From positions 64,001-128,000 of the forward strand of contig JBBRAE010000004.1 of the NCBI GenBank assembly GCA_038207085.1: a stretch of 64,000 bases of DNA, read 5' to 3'. Origin of the DNA: Armatimonadota bacterium. Lineage in GTDB: Bacteria; Armatimonadota; UBA5829; DTLH01. How positions within the stretch are numbered: the stretch's first letter is position 1; every line of letters starts with the position of its first letter. The notes under the pieces are model-generated. The model saw only the letters and a program-made list of their open reading frames with translations, did no database searches and had not been told where the DNA came from. The translations under genes and the position numbers were made by a program. Shown one piece after another: positions 1 to 8,663 of this stretch.

Positions 1-1026
1 TCAACGCCGCTTCCGTTCCTGCGGGGGGTTCATGTCGTGCTCGCAAACTCGCTTTGGGAAGTGAACAAGACCCTCGGCGGCAACCAGAGCTTCAACATGC
101 GCAAGGGCTGGATGCAGATGGGTGACGAACTGATGAGTCTGATTATCGCCGAAGTGCGCGTGGCTCAGAAGTCCGGCACGGCAGTTGGCGCGGGCTGGCT
201 TGCAACTCTTATCAAGGATAAGTTCGGCTTTACTCCCGGTGGGGAAGTGTCGCTTCTTGAGTCGCATCCCGAGTATTGGGAGAAGATCGAGGCGAAGTAT
301 CACAAGTTTGGAAGCTTCCACAAAGATATTCTGGGCATCCCCTGTGCGGCGATCAACGAGCTGATTTCGCTTTTGCCGGTCAAGGTCACTCCTGAAGAGG
401 CGGCGCGGATCTTCGGCAAAGACGCAAAAGGCATCAAGCGCACTTACACCGCGCCAAAGCGCGATATCGGTGGGTATCACATCCGAACGACCGCGAGGTT
501 CTTCCACAAGGAGAACATCATCGGGCGCATGCTTGAAGAGATATTTCTTGAGGCCGAGCAACGGGTCACATCAGGGGAGCTTTCGCCTGACTCGCCTGAG
601 TACGACGAGTATCGCATCAGGGTGGGGCTTATGGTGGACGAGCTTCAGGACGCGCTCTGCTTTGACTTCAGGGTCTCGAACTGGCAGCTCGACCTGCTCC
701 TCACCATCGCACGCCGCGGGCCGGGGTATCTCGGCGGCAAACTGACCGGCGCAGGCAAGGGCGGGTGCGTCTCGCTTCTGGTGCGCGAAGGTGAGTCGGC
801 GGCGATGTGCGAATATCTGGACCGCGAATACTACGGCAATCCCGAGCGATTTGAGTTCTACCGTCAGGTGCTAAAAGACGAGCGACGGAGCAACAAGCCT
901 GGGACGATCGAGCACGGGTCGGCTGAGGAACGGACGGAGATTTTGAACTCCGCGCTCGCCTCAATTGAGGACCAGCGGCGGGTTATCACCTTCAGTCGGG
1001 GCGCTTGTGCGCTGGAGCTGCCTTAG
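1..1026 (+). CDS. GHMP kinase (galactokinase-like) family protein, 5'-truncated by window edge
   Basis: Frame open from base 1; C-terminal GHMP motif GGKLTGAGKGGCV. Confidence 0.7.
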   Translation, partial: STPLPFLRGVHVVLANSLWEVNKTLGGNQSFNMRKGWMQMGDELMSLIIAEVRVAQKSGTAVGAGWLATLIKDKFGFTPGGEVSLLESHPEYWEKIEAKYHKFGSFHKDILGIPCAAINELISLLPVKVTPEEAARIFGKDAKGIKRTYTAPKRDIGGYHIRTTARFFHKENIIGRMLEEIFLEAEQRVTSGELSPDSPEYDEYRIRVGLMVDELQDALCFDFRVSNWQLDLLLTIARRGPGYLGGKLTGAGKGGCVSLLVREGESAAMCEYLDREYYGNPERFEFYRQVLKDERRSNKPGTIEHGSAEERTEILNSALASIEDQRRVITFSRGACALELP

Positions 1027-1033
1027 CAAGTTT

Positions 1034-1059
1034 GTAGGGGCGGACCAATGTGTCTGCCC
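1034..1059 (+). repeat. GTAG-type REP-like palindrome
   Basis: GTAGGGGCGGAC-caatgt-GTCTGCCC; other GTAG-led hairpins at 15200-15225, 31731-31755 and 36047-36094. Confidence 0.55.
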
Positions 1060-1083
1060 TTTTTCGATTACGGTGGATGCTAG

Positions 1084-1314
1084 GGCTTGGGTGGAACTGC
1101 ATTGGATTGGCCCGTGTTGATACTTTGGGTGGATTGCACGTTTCGAGAACCTCAACGTGATTAGTTTTGGTTGGTCAAATATGGGAGATGGTGGTCGCTC
1201 ACCCTTCGTGCTTCGAGAGCCTCAGCGGGGCTCAGGGTGACGGTACAGTCTCTCACACATCCACCCAAGCCAAATCATATCACCCTGAGGCTCTCGAAGG
1301 GTGCGCTACACAAA
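1084..1314. repeat. Dispersed palindromic repeat family A, copy 1
   Basis: CACCCTGAGGCTCTCGAAGGGTG and GAGATGGTGGTCGCTC blocks shared with 19936-20027 and 51202-51386; GGCTTGGGTGGA/TCCACCCAAGCC inverted pair. Confidence 0.8.
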
Positions 1315-1482
1315 ACAACTGGCGTAATACATACCCCGGAAGCTAATCAATCCTCCCAACTTCCAACCCCTCCCTCTGTCGCCTTGTTCGGTCAAGAAAT
1401 CACACTTTCTTCGACATATCGGGAATGGTTGGTGGCCTGATTGCGGTAATAAAAGTAGGTTACTGTAATTGAGGTGAACTTT

Positions 1483-2007
1483 ATGCTGAAATCGCACAGG
1501 CCCTGGTTGGCTATCGCGCTTGTTGGGGCAGTGTTGGCTGCGTCCGCGGTGTTGGCCGCGTCGACTTCCGGCTGGCGGACCTACAAAAACACCACTTTTG
1601 GTGTCACGTTGAAATATCCCTCTCAGTGGAAACGGGTGGCTGGATACAACTACCGGTTCGCGGGCCAGAACGGGTTCTTTCAGATTGACGCGACCTGCGC
1701 AGGGGTTCCGAAGATCGATCAGGTCGCGCGAAACGAGGCCGAGCACAAGCTTCACCCCTACGGATCAAAACCCTCAATCACCAAGATCACCGTGGATGGC
1801 AAGGATGCCCGGCTGATTATGCCGTCCAAAGATCAGCCCCAGGGTATGAAAGGGCAGGCGGCGGTTGTTATCAGGATGCCCGAGCCCACCCGCATCGGCT
1901 GTGAACGCTACAACTACCTCGTGCTGTACGCCGACAAGAGTCACGTCAAGACCATCGCCGGTACGGTCAAATTTGTGAAGCCATGCGATGGCTCAGGGCG
2001 GTGCTAG
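1483..2007 (+). CDS. Secreted protein with a PsbP-like conserved domain of unknown function
   Basis: GAGGTG RBS before ATG 1483; signal peptide; WRTYKNTTFGVTLKYPSQW motif. Confidence 0.75.
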   Translation: MLKSHRPWLAIALVGAVLAASAVLAASTSGWRTYKNTTFGVTLKYPSQWKRVAGYNYRFAGQNGFFQIDATCAGVPKIDQVARNEAEHKLHPYGSKPSITKITVDGKDARLIMPSKDQPQGMKGQAAVVIRMPEPTRIGCERYNYLVLYADKSHVKTIAGTVKFVKPCDGSGRC

Positions 2008-2125
2008 TGGGTCAATTGCCATGCATTACGCCATTCGGGATTCGGAAATCCCGTCTTAGCTTTGGGGTGGCGATTCGGAAATCGCCACCCAACAATGGCT
2101 GATTTCATGCCAAGTGACCCACTAG
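2004..2125. mobile_element. MITE-like element bounded by CTAG (family B)
   Basis: 20-bp terminal inverted repeats (CTAGTGGGTCAATTGCCATG / CATGCCAAGTGACCCACTAG, 18/20); two internal hairpins; partial inverted copy at 9737-9802. Confidence 0.7.
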
Positions 2126-2134
2126 TCTGCGATA

Positions 2135-2878
2135 CTATTCGCCTGAGATATCAGCTTTGCACTTGAAATGATCTACGAGGTCGGGGTAATCTGCAAGCTC
2201 ACTTCGACCTCGTTCGTTGATCGCGTAGAGGCCCGTGTCTATTCTGTCGAACCATTTGTAGACGTTTCGGTATAAGATTGACAGCGTTTTCTCGCCCGTG
2301 CCCAGAGCCCTGAGCTGCTTTGGAGCCTGCGGGCCGAGTTCTAAGAGGAGATGGGCGATCTGGATCGCGTTTTCCCTGTAGGCTGTGACGAGTTTCTGGC
2401 GCGTGCAACCTCCGGTGTTGAAGTCGCCGCTTCGGTTTTCGATCTCACGAAGAACGGCGCGCAGGGCGCGTTTCTGCTTGCGCCGCTCGGAGAGGGTGGG
2501 GTGGAAGATGATTTCGACCGGAGTCTTTACCCGTCCGGTTGCGACCAGTATCAGCCCAAGTTCCAGGCGCTTCAGTACCTTCTGGACGCCTTTTGTTTCT
2601 CTTGCCCACTTTGTTCTGTTGGATGGCCTCGGGACGGCGACGTAGACCGAATCGGTAATTTTCTGGCGCTCGACCGCCTGCACTATCAGTTGCAGATTCA
2701 GGCTGCGCTTCAGCTCAATCACTATGAGCTCTTCGCCGCGCAGGGCTGCGATGTCGCAGGACATCACCTCGCCTCGCACGGTGTATCCGTTTCGCGTGAG
2801 GTAGTCGCAGACGGGCCTATAGAGGTCCGTTTCACGCAGAACCTTGGTTTGCTTTGCCGAAGCGCGTTCTTTCTTCAT
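2135..2878 (-). CDS. DUF2161-family putative PD-(D/E)XK nuclease-like protein
   Basis: RETDLY..V...L...GYTVRGEV..CDIAA...IVIELK..LNL.L..QAVERQ; C-terminal NVYKWFDR. Confidence 0.8.
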   Translation of the reverse strand: MKKERASAKQTKVLRETDLYRPVCDYLTRNGYTVRGEVMSCDIAALRGEELIVIELKRSLNLQLIVQAVERQKITDSVYVAVPRPSNRTKWARETKGVQKVLKRLELGLILVATGRVKTPVEIIFHPTLSERRKQKRALRAVLREIENRSGDFNTGGCTRQKLVTAYRENAIQIAHLLLELGPQAPKQLRALGTGEKTLSILYRNVYKWFDRIDTGLYAINERGRSELADYPDLVDHFKCKADISGE

Positions 2879-2955
2879 TCCACCATTATACCAGTATTGA
2901 CTGTGCGTTTTGAGGGGGTCTGTGCTCGGGTACCTATTAACAGGGTACAAACAGC

Positions 2956-3465
2956 ATGAACGCAGACCAGATCAACAAACTTAGAGTCGTCGAGGTAACC
3001 CTGGGCACCGATATTGGCCGGGTTTCAGGGTTATTGATCGATATACGCGAGCGACGGGTGGCGGCTATCGCGGTGACCACGGGGCACTCCTTTGGTGGCC
3101 CGGGGGCTTATGTGCCGTGGGGGAGCATCGTGTCTATCGGGCATGACGTGATCACCATTCGCTCGCCTGAGGCTGTGATCAGACGAAAAAGTTTTTCCAC
3201 CCAAGGTATGCTCGACTCGCTCGTCGGGAAGAAAGTAGTCACCGATGACGGGGTGGAACTTGGGACTGTGCGAAGCTTCAGCATTGACCCTGTGACCGGC
3301 GATATCGCGGGGGTGATGTTTGGCCGGTCGGGCGGGATGCTTGCTGGGGTCTTCGGCACCGGCAAGGAGTATCAAGCTCCGGCGACGCTTATCGAGGCGC
3401 TCGGCGACAACATCGTGGTGGATAAATCGCTTCCAAAACTCGTGGGGTATGACCAGGCGGCCTGA
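2956..3465 (+). CDS. Tandem PRC-barrel domain protein
   Basis: Two PRC repeats (IGRVSGLLID; LVGKKVVTDDGVELGTV...IDP.TG). Confidence 0.85.
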   Translation: MNADQINKLRVVEVTLGTDIGRVSGLLIDIRERRVAAIAVTTGHSFGGPGAYVPWGSIVSIGHDVITIRSPEAVIRRKSFSTQGMLDSLVGKKVVTDDGVELGTVRSFSIDPVTGDIAGVMFGRSGGMLAGVFGTGKEYQAPATLIEALGDNIVVDKSLPKLVGYDQAA

Positions 3466-3663
3466 GTTCACCCTCCCCTCAAATTTTTCAGTCAGTTTGC
3501 TAACTGTGGAGTTTGGGTAAACGGGTCAGTGTACGGCATCCCCGCCGGAGGCCAGGAGCCATAACCAGTTCAATTATGGGCTGGAATGTGGTATCATACA
3601 CAACGCTGCAAATCATACGGAAGGATGACTATGGCCTGCAGAGCAGGCTCTTGGGCGAATACA

Positions 3664-3993
3664 ATGACAGACAGAGCAACAATCGAATTATCACGTGATG
3701 GCGAGTCGGTAACGGTAGTTGGTTCCGGTGAATTGGATCTGAGCATCTCAAGGGAGCTCGATACTATTCTATCGCAGGCCTCCTCATCGACCCACGACGT
3801 AACCATCGACCTGCGCGGCGCAATCTTTATAGATTCCGCGATTCTTGCGAGCCTTGTGAAAGTCGGCAAAGTCCTCAAACGTGACGATGCGCGGCTGAAG
3901 GTGATCGTCACCCCAGGAAGCCACCCCCAGTATGTGCTTCGGACCGTAGGTTTTGGCGCGTTGATGGATATTTCGACTACTGACGAGGAGTAG
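3664..3993 (+). CDS. STAS domain anti-sigma-factor antagonist
   Basis: GELDL...IDLRGAIFIDSA; the start codon is a best estimate. Confidence 0.85.
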   Translation: MTDRATIELSRDGESVTVVGSGELDLSISRELDTILSQASSSTHDVTIDLRGAIFIDSAILASLVKVGKVLKRDDARLKVIVTPGSHPQYVLRTVGFGALMDISTTDEE

Positions 3994-5200
3994 CGCTCCC
4001 TGTGCGGGTGTTTCGGCCAGCGGGCATTTTCAGAAACACGCGCTTGAGCCAGGGCGGGGTGATCAGGGTAGTGATGAACACTACCAGGATGAGCTGGGCG
4101 TAAAGGTCCGAGCCGATTATCCCCTCCCTTAGCCCGATGCTTGCAAATATCAGTCCAACCTCGCCTCGTGGAACCATCCCAACCCCTACCGCAAGCTTGT
4201 TTGCCCCCGACTTTGCTACCCCAAGCCCGGATGCGAGCTTTCCAAGGATCGCCAGCACCAGGAGAACCAGCCCAAGCAGGAGAACTCTATACCCGCTGGG
4301 TTCGGTTGGGATCAGGTGTCGCAGGTTAACCTGTAGGCCGACAAGCACGAAAAACACAGGGATGAATATGTCGGCGACGGGCTTGATCTGGTCCTGGATC
4401 TTGACGCGGTCGCCTGTCGTCGCGAGTATAAGGCCCGCCGCGAACGCCCCAATGATCTCCGCGAGGCCGAAGCTCTCAGCCGTAAACGCAAGCGTAAGGC
4501 AGAACAGAAACGATATCGTCACAAGCACGCCACGGGTCTTTAGCCTCTGGGCCGAAGCGGTGAGCGTGGAGGCGTAACGTATGCCGATCACAAGCGCGCC
4601 TGCAAGAAACGCAAACGCGATCATTACCGCTTTGCCGATCGCAACTACGTCAGGGTGGCCGTCTTTGATGATCTGGAGCACCACAGCAAGTATCAAAAGC
4701 CCGAGGATATCGTCGATCACGGCAGCGCCGACGATGATCTTCGCCTCGTTTGTGTTAAGTTTTCTCATATCGGCCAGGACACGTGTGGTGATGCCGATGC
4801 TTGTAGCAGTGAGTGCGGCTCCAATGAAAAGCGCCTGCCGGTAGTCCCCGCTTACCAGGAAACTCGCCGCGTATCCACTCACAAATGGAAGCACTATGCC
4901 GATCGCCGCGACCAGCGCCGCCGCCCGTCCGACCTTCAGAAACTCCGCAAGTTCGCTTTCAAGCCCCACTTCAAAAAGAAGCAGTATAACGCCGATTGTT
5001 GCGACAAATGTGATCGCTGCGGAGGCGACGACCTCCTGGTTGGGCTCGGCTATGTGGCGCAAGGGGGTCAGGCCCAAGATTACGCCGACCAGCAGTTCGC
5101 CGAGCACAGCGGGCTGCTTCAGCCGCTCAGCCAGTTCGCCGCCGATCTTGGCTGCGCCGAGGATCAATATGAGGTAAAGTAAGGCGTGTCCGGTTTCCAT
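3977..5200 (-). CDS. Cation:proton antiporter (CPA2 family)
   Basis: Multi-TM protein; GVILLLFEVGLE, ATSIGIT, GAAVIDDILGL, GMVPRGEVG. Confidence 0.92.
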   Translation of the reverse strand: METGHALLYLILILGAAKIGGELAERLKQPAVLGELLVGVILGLTPLRHIAEPNQEVVASAAITFVATIGVILLLFEVGLESELAEFLKVGRAAALVAAIGIVLPFVSGYAASFLVSGDYRQALFIGAALTATSIGITTRVLADMRKLNTNEAKIIVGAAVIDDILGLLILAVVLQIIKDGHPDVVAIGKAVMIAFAFLAGALVIGIRYASTLTASAQRLKTRGVLVTISFLFCLTLAFTAESFGLAEIIGAFAAGLILATTGDRVKIQDQIKPVADIFIPVFFVLVGLQVNLRHLIPTEPSGYRVLLLGLVLLVLAILGKLASGLGVAKSGANKLAVGVGMVPRGEVGLIFASIGLREGIIGSDLYAQLILVVFITTLITPPWLKRVFLKMPAGRNTRTGSATPRQ

Positions 5201-5258
5201 TACAGTATACTTCGCCGCCTGTTCGCTTTATCCTCCCACAGTCGTGCTGACGTGAGAG

Positions 5259-5294
5259 AGTCAGGGGACGGAAAACGCCTTCCGTCCCCTGACT
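5259..5294. terminator. Hairpin downstream of the ADH gene
   Basis: 15-bp perfect stem AGTCAGGGGACGGAA/TTCCGTCCCCTGACT. Confidence 0.6.
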
Positions 5295-5299
5295 TTATC

Positions 5300-6478
5300 T
5301 TACCACTTTGGGCGGATTTCCTCTTCTTCTGCAATTTCCTCATCGTCTTCGTAAACCTCCACCTCAGGGTCACGAAATACGGGTTCACGGCGCAGTTCTA
5401 CCGGAGCGGGGGTAAGGGCGACTTTTAGCACTCCGTCGCGCTGGTGGGAGAAGAGGTCGTAGGCTTCGAGAATATTGTCGAGCGTGAAATGGTGGGTCAG
5501 GAGCTCTCTCACGTTTAGCCTGCCGGATTTCACAAGCGACATCAGGCGGCGCATCCGTTCCTTGCCGCCGGGGCAGAGCGTCGAGACTACTTTGATGTCG
5601 CCTATCCCGTAGATGTAGGGCTCGACTGGCATCGCGACGGCGTGGGAGTAGACCCCGATGCTTGAGATGGTGCCGCCGGGGTGGACAGAGCGCAGGCAGT
5701 TCTCGAACGTTACCTGTGTGCCGAGCGCCTCGATCGCGACGTCCGCGCCTCGCCCGCCGGTCAGGCGTTTCACCGCTTCGACTGGGTCCTGCTCTTGGTA
5801 GTTGATCACAACATCGGCGCCCATCTTCTTTGACATCTCAAGGCGGGTGTCGACCGAATCGACCCCGATTATGAGCGATGCGCCCATCAGCCTCGCCCCG
5901 GCGGTCGCCATCAGACCGATCGGCCCCTGAGCGTAGACCACGACCGAGTCGCCGATCTTGATATTCGCCGACTCCGCGCCTGATATGCCCGTAGATGCGA
6001 TGTCTGCAAGAAGCACCACGTCTTCGTCGGCGAGGTCGTCGGGGATTTTTGCGAGATTGAACTGGGCGTATGGGACCCTGAAATACTCGGCTTGGACGCC
6101 ATCTATGGAGTTACCCAGCCGCCAGCCGCCGATCGCCTCCCATTGGTCGTGGTAGCCCGCGCACTGGCTCCACTTGCCGCTTTGGCAGTAGACGCAGGTG
6201 CCGCAGGGGGTGACAGCGCTCACGAGTACGCGGTCGCCGATTTTGTATCCCTCAAGGCCCGGCCCGAGCTCGTGAATCACACCGACCGGCTCGTGGCCGA
6301 TGATCCTGCCTTCCTCGACCGGGTACTCGCCTCGCATTATGTGAACGTCCGTGCCGCAGATCGTGGTCATCGTGATCCTGACGATCGCCTCACCAAATCC
6401 TGCACGCGGGACCGGCACTTCCTCGATTCGTATATCGTCCTTGCCACGGAAGACCGTGGCCTTCATAGTATCAGCCAT
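5300..6478 (-). CDS. Zinc-dependent alcohol dehydrogenase (MDR family)
   Basis: TICGTD, GHEPVG, CGTCVYC..C, QGPIGL; GGAGG RBS. Confidence 0.93.
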   Translation of the reverse strand: MADTMKATVFRGKDDIRIEEVPVPRAGFGEAIVRITMTTICGTDVHIMRGEYPVEEGRIIGHEPVGVIHELGPGLEGYKIGDRVLVSAVTPCGTCVYCQSGKWSQCAGYHDQWEAIGGWRLGNSIDGVQAEYFRVPYAQFNLAKIPDDLADEDVVLLADIASTGISGAESANIKIGDSVVVYAQGPIGLMATAGARLMGASLIIGVDSVDTRLEMSKKMGADVVINYQEQDPVEAVKRLTGGRGADVAIEALGTQVTFENCLRSVHPGGTISSIGVYSHAVAMPVEPYIYGIGDIKVVSTLCPGGKERMRRLMSLVKSGRLNVRELLTHHFTLDNILEAYDLFSHQRDGVLKVALTPAPVELRREPVFRDPEVEVYEDDEEIAEEEEIRPKW

Positions 6479-6496
6479 TTATCTACCTCCTCTTAT

Positions 6497-6549
6497 TTAG
6501 CCCGCTTTATTCGTGAAGCGAATAAAGCTCTTGCTAAGAGAGCATTATT
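6497..6549. repeat. CTAG-delimited hairpin repeat family C, partial copy
   Basis: TAGCCCGCTTTATTCGTGAAGCGAATAAAGC. Confidence 0.85.
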
Positions 6550-6774
6550 TGGTGGTCTGACGGATACCCCTCACGCCGGCCTTCTCCTCTCAGGCGACAG
6601 CGTTTTCATAGAAAACGCGATAGCCCACAAGGGGTGAGGGGTGAAACTTAGTATATCCATATATTCAGTATTCCCACCGGGGCAAGATTGTGATCGGGCA
6701 TGGGATGAGACCCGGCGGTAATGGGTATAGTCAGCTTGCAATATATGAGCTGAGCAATGACTAGGAGGCATATT

Positions 6775-6963
6775 ATGAAGGCTAACGTAATTGAGGACCA
6801 GTGCATCGGCGACGGAGTATGTGTGGATATCTGCCCGCAGGTGTTTCAGATGGGCGACGACGGGCTCGCGCATGTGATTGTTGACGAAGTCCCGGCGGAC
6901 GTCGAAGACGCCGCCCGGGAGGCCGCCGAAGCCTGCCCTACGGTGGCGATTGACGTCGATTAG
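6775..6963 (+). CDS. Single-cluster ferredoxin
   Basis: CIGDGVC...CP..F...ACP; AGGAGG RBS; acidic, 62 aa. Confidence 0.92.
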   Translation: MKANVIEDQCIGDGVCVDICPQVFQMGDDGLAHVIVDEVPADVEDAAREAAEACPTVAIDVD

Positions 6964-7076
6964 ACCTGTCAGCGGCCCGAAAGCATCGGGGAGAGGTGGA
7001 AGATTCACTCCGGTGCTTTCGTTTGTCCTGTTTCAGGGCAGGCCCCGAGGGGTAACCGAATGTGTGGTGATGCCTT

Positions 7077-7445
7077 ATGCGTGCCAGTAACGACTATTCC
7101 AACATTATGACGGTGAATGCTGTGGAGGCCGATCACTCCGTGGTGCTCTACCTGGTCGGCGAGTGCGATATCGGCACGGTGCCGCTTCTTACCCAGGAAC
7201 TGCGCCGGGCGATAGCCGACCTGAAACACGTCGTGCTTGAGGTCCATCTGCTCACCTACATCGACAGCACCGGCGTCTCCGCGATCGCTTCGGCGCAGGA
7301 GAGCCTCGCCCAGAGCAGGCGGCAGCTTCGTATCGTCGGGAGCCACGGGATATTTGATCGGATCCTCAGGATCACCAAGCTCGACGGCCATATTCCGATC
7401 GACCAAAACGTCGACGAAGCGCTTGCGGCGATTGCTCTTGGGTGA
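7077..7445 (+). CDS. STAS domain anti-sigma-factor antagonist
   Basis: GECDI...LTYIDSTG; alternative start at 7107. Confidence 0.88.
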   Translation: MRASNDYSNIMTVNAVEADHSVVLYLVGECDIGTVPLLTQELRRAIADLKHVVLEVHLLTYIDSTGVSAIASAQESLAQSRRQLRIVGSHGIFDRILRITKLDGHIPIDQNVDEALAAIALG

Positions 7446-7559
7446 CGATATCGAGCAAACACGCCGTTATGGATGAGGCTGTTTGGTAACACTCTGCGAA
7501 TTATACCTGCTTGCTCGCCACATTAGCGTCATATTCCTCCAACTTTCTGCGCACTTTGC

Positions 7560-7588
7560 TTTACACGTCTTGGGGGTTGTGTTACAAT
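7560..7588 (+). promoter_or_regulatory. Sigma70-type promoter candidate
   Basis: TTTACA-17nt-TACAAT with extended TG. Confidence 0.55.
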
Positions 7589-7752
7589 TGGCTTGTAAGG
7601 GCGCGTGCGACGTAGGGTGATTTCTCCCACGAGGTTGTGCTCAACTATGGATTTTCGGCAGACTGGCTGTGGCTAGCCACAGAGTCTGCGAGCCGAAAAT
7701 ATCTCTCGACTTTCCAGCGAAAGTCAATAGTAAGTGGACGCAGGTGTTGCCA

Positions 7753-8259
7753 ATGAAAGTCGTCGAAATCCTGTTCTACAACAGCCATCGAGTCAAGCTC
7801 GTGGTCGAGATGCCGGATCCTAACCGGTATTCCACGCGGCATGCTCCGCATATTCCGAACCTCCTCTTTAAGCTTTTTCCCCACCTGGCCCGTCACAGGT
7901 GCGAAAATGATGGGGGTTACAGCTTCAAGCGCGAGTGCCAGTCCACCGAAATCCCACACCTTTTCGAGCACCTGATAATCGAGCTTCAGGGGCAGGCACA
8001 GCGTTCGAGCGTGCTTAAAGGCGAGACCCAGTGGAACTGGCGAGTCGACCCCAAGGGTCGTTTCCATGTCTACGTCGACTACGAAAACGAGCTTCTCGTC
8101 GTAGGGGCGATTCGCGTAGCCGAGCGGGTCATCAACGCGCTAGACGATCGTGCGATAGACGACCTCGATATCAACGCCGAGATCGAAAACCTCCGCGCAA
8201 TCGCCAAACTCGGGCAGGGAATTCGCAAGTCTGACGAGTCCGAGAAGGCTGTGGCATAG
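7753..8259 (+). CDS. Stand-alone cyanophycin synthetase N-terminal-like domain protein
   Basis: FPHLARHRC...PHLFEHLIIELQ...GET...YVDYENE resembles the CphA1 N domain; no ATP-grasp or Mur ligase domains. Confidence 0.75.
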   Translation: MKVVEILFYNSHRVKLVVEMPDPNRYSTRHAPHIPNLLFKLFPHLARHRCENDGGYSFKRECQSTEIPHLFEHLIIELQGQAQRSSVLKGETQWNWRVDPKGRFHVYVDYENELLVVGAIRVAERVINALDDRAIDDLDINAEIENLRAIAKLGQGIRKSDESEKAVA

Positions 8260-8303
8260 GGGAAGTCACTAGTTGCTAGTGGCTAGTCGCCATGTTGGTT
8301 TCA

Positions 8304-8331
8304 GGGCGGGCGGGTTCAATATTCGCCCGCC
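8304..8331. terminator. GC hairpin between convergent genes
   Basis: GGGCGGGCGG...TCGCCCGCCC. Confidence 0.55.
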
Positions 8332-8339
8332 CGATTTGA

Positions 8340-8507
8340 TTATACTGTCTCAAGATAACCCTCGCAGATGAACCTTTCCACGCGCCATGCTGATTTGCCG
8401 GTTTCGGTGAACTCGTATACCCCGTTTGCCCGGCTCATCAGGCCTAGCTCCACCATGTAACGACGGGTCGCGCAGTGGTCTGAACAGACTCGGGCGATTC
8501 GATTGAC
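8340..8507 (-). pseudogene. DUF2087-like C-terminal fragment; the 5' part is occupied by a repeat
   Basis: DHCATRRYMVELGLMSRANGVYEF; the upstream part of the track ORF is family D repeat sequence. Confidence 0.45.
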
Positions 8508-8558
8508 CGGGAGCAAACTCCCTTGCTGTTCTTTGCGCACGCGATACATATCGCGCAC
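8508..8558. repeat. Dispersed palindromic repeat family D, short copy
   Basis: CGGGAG..AACTCCCTTGC.GTTCTTTGCG..CGCGAT..ATATCGCGCAC shared with 9523-9678 and 47737-47874. Confidence 0.75.
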
Positions 8559-8663
8559 CCAACTCTGAAACATATTCAATCGAAGGATTTGGGCGGGTTA
8601 TTGTGGAAATGATACACATAACACGGGGGCGGTTTAGCTCTCGACAAAGGAGATGTACGCTCT

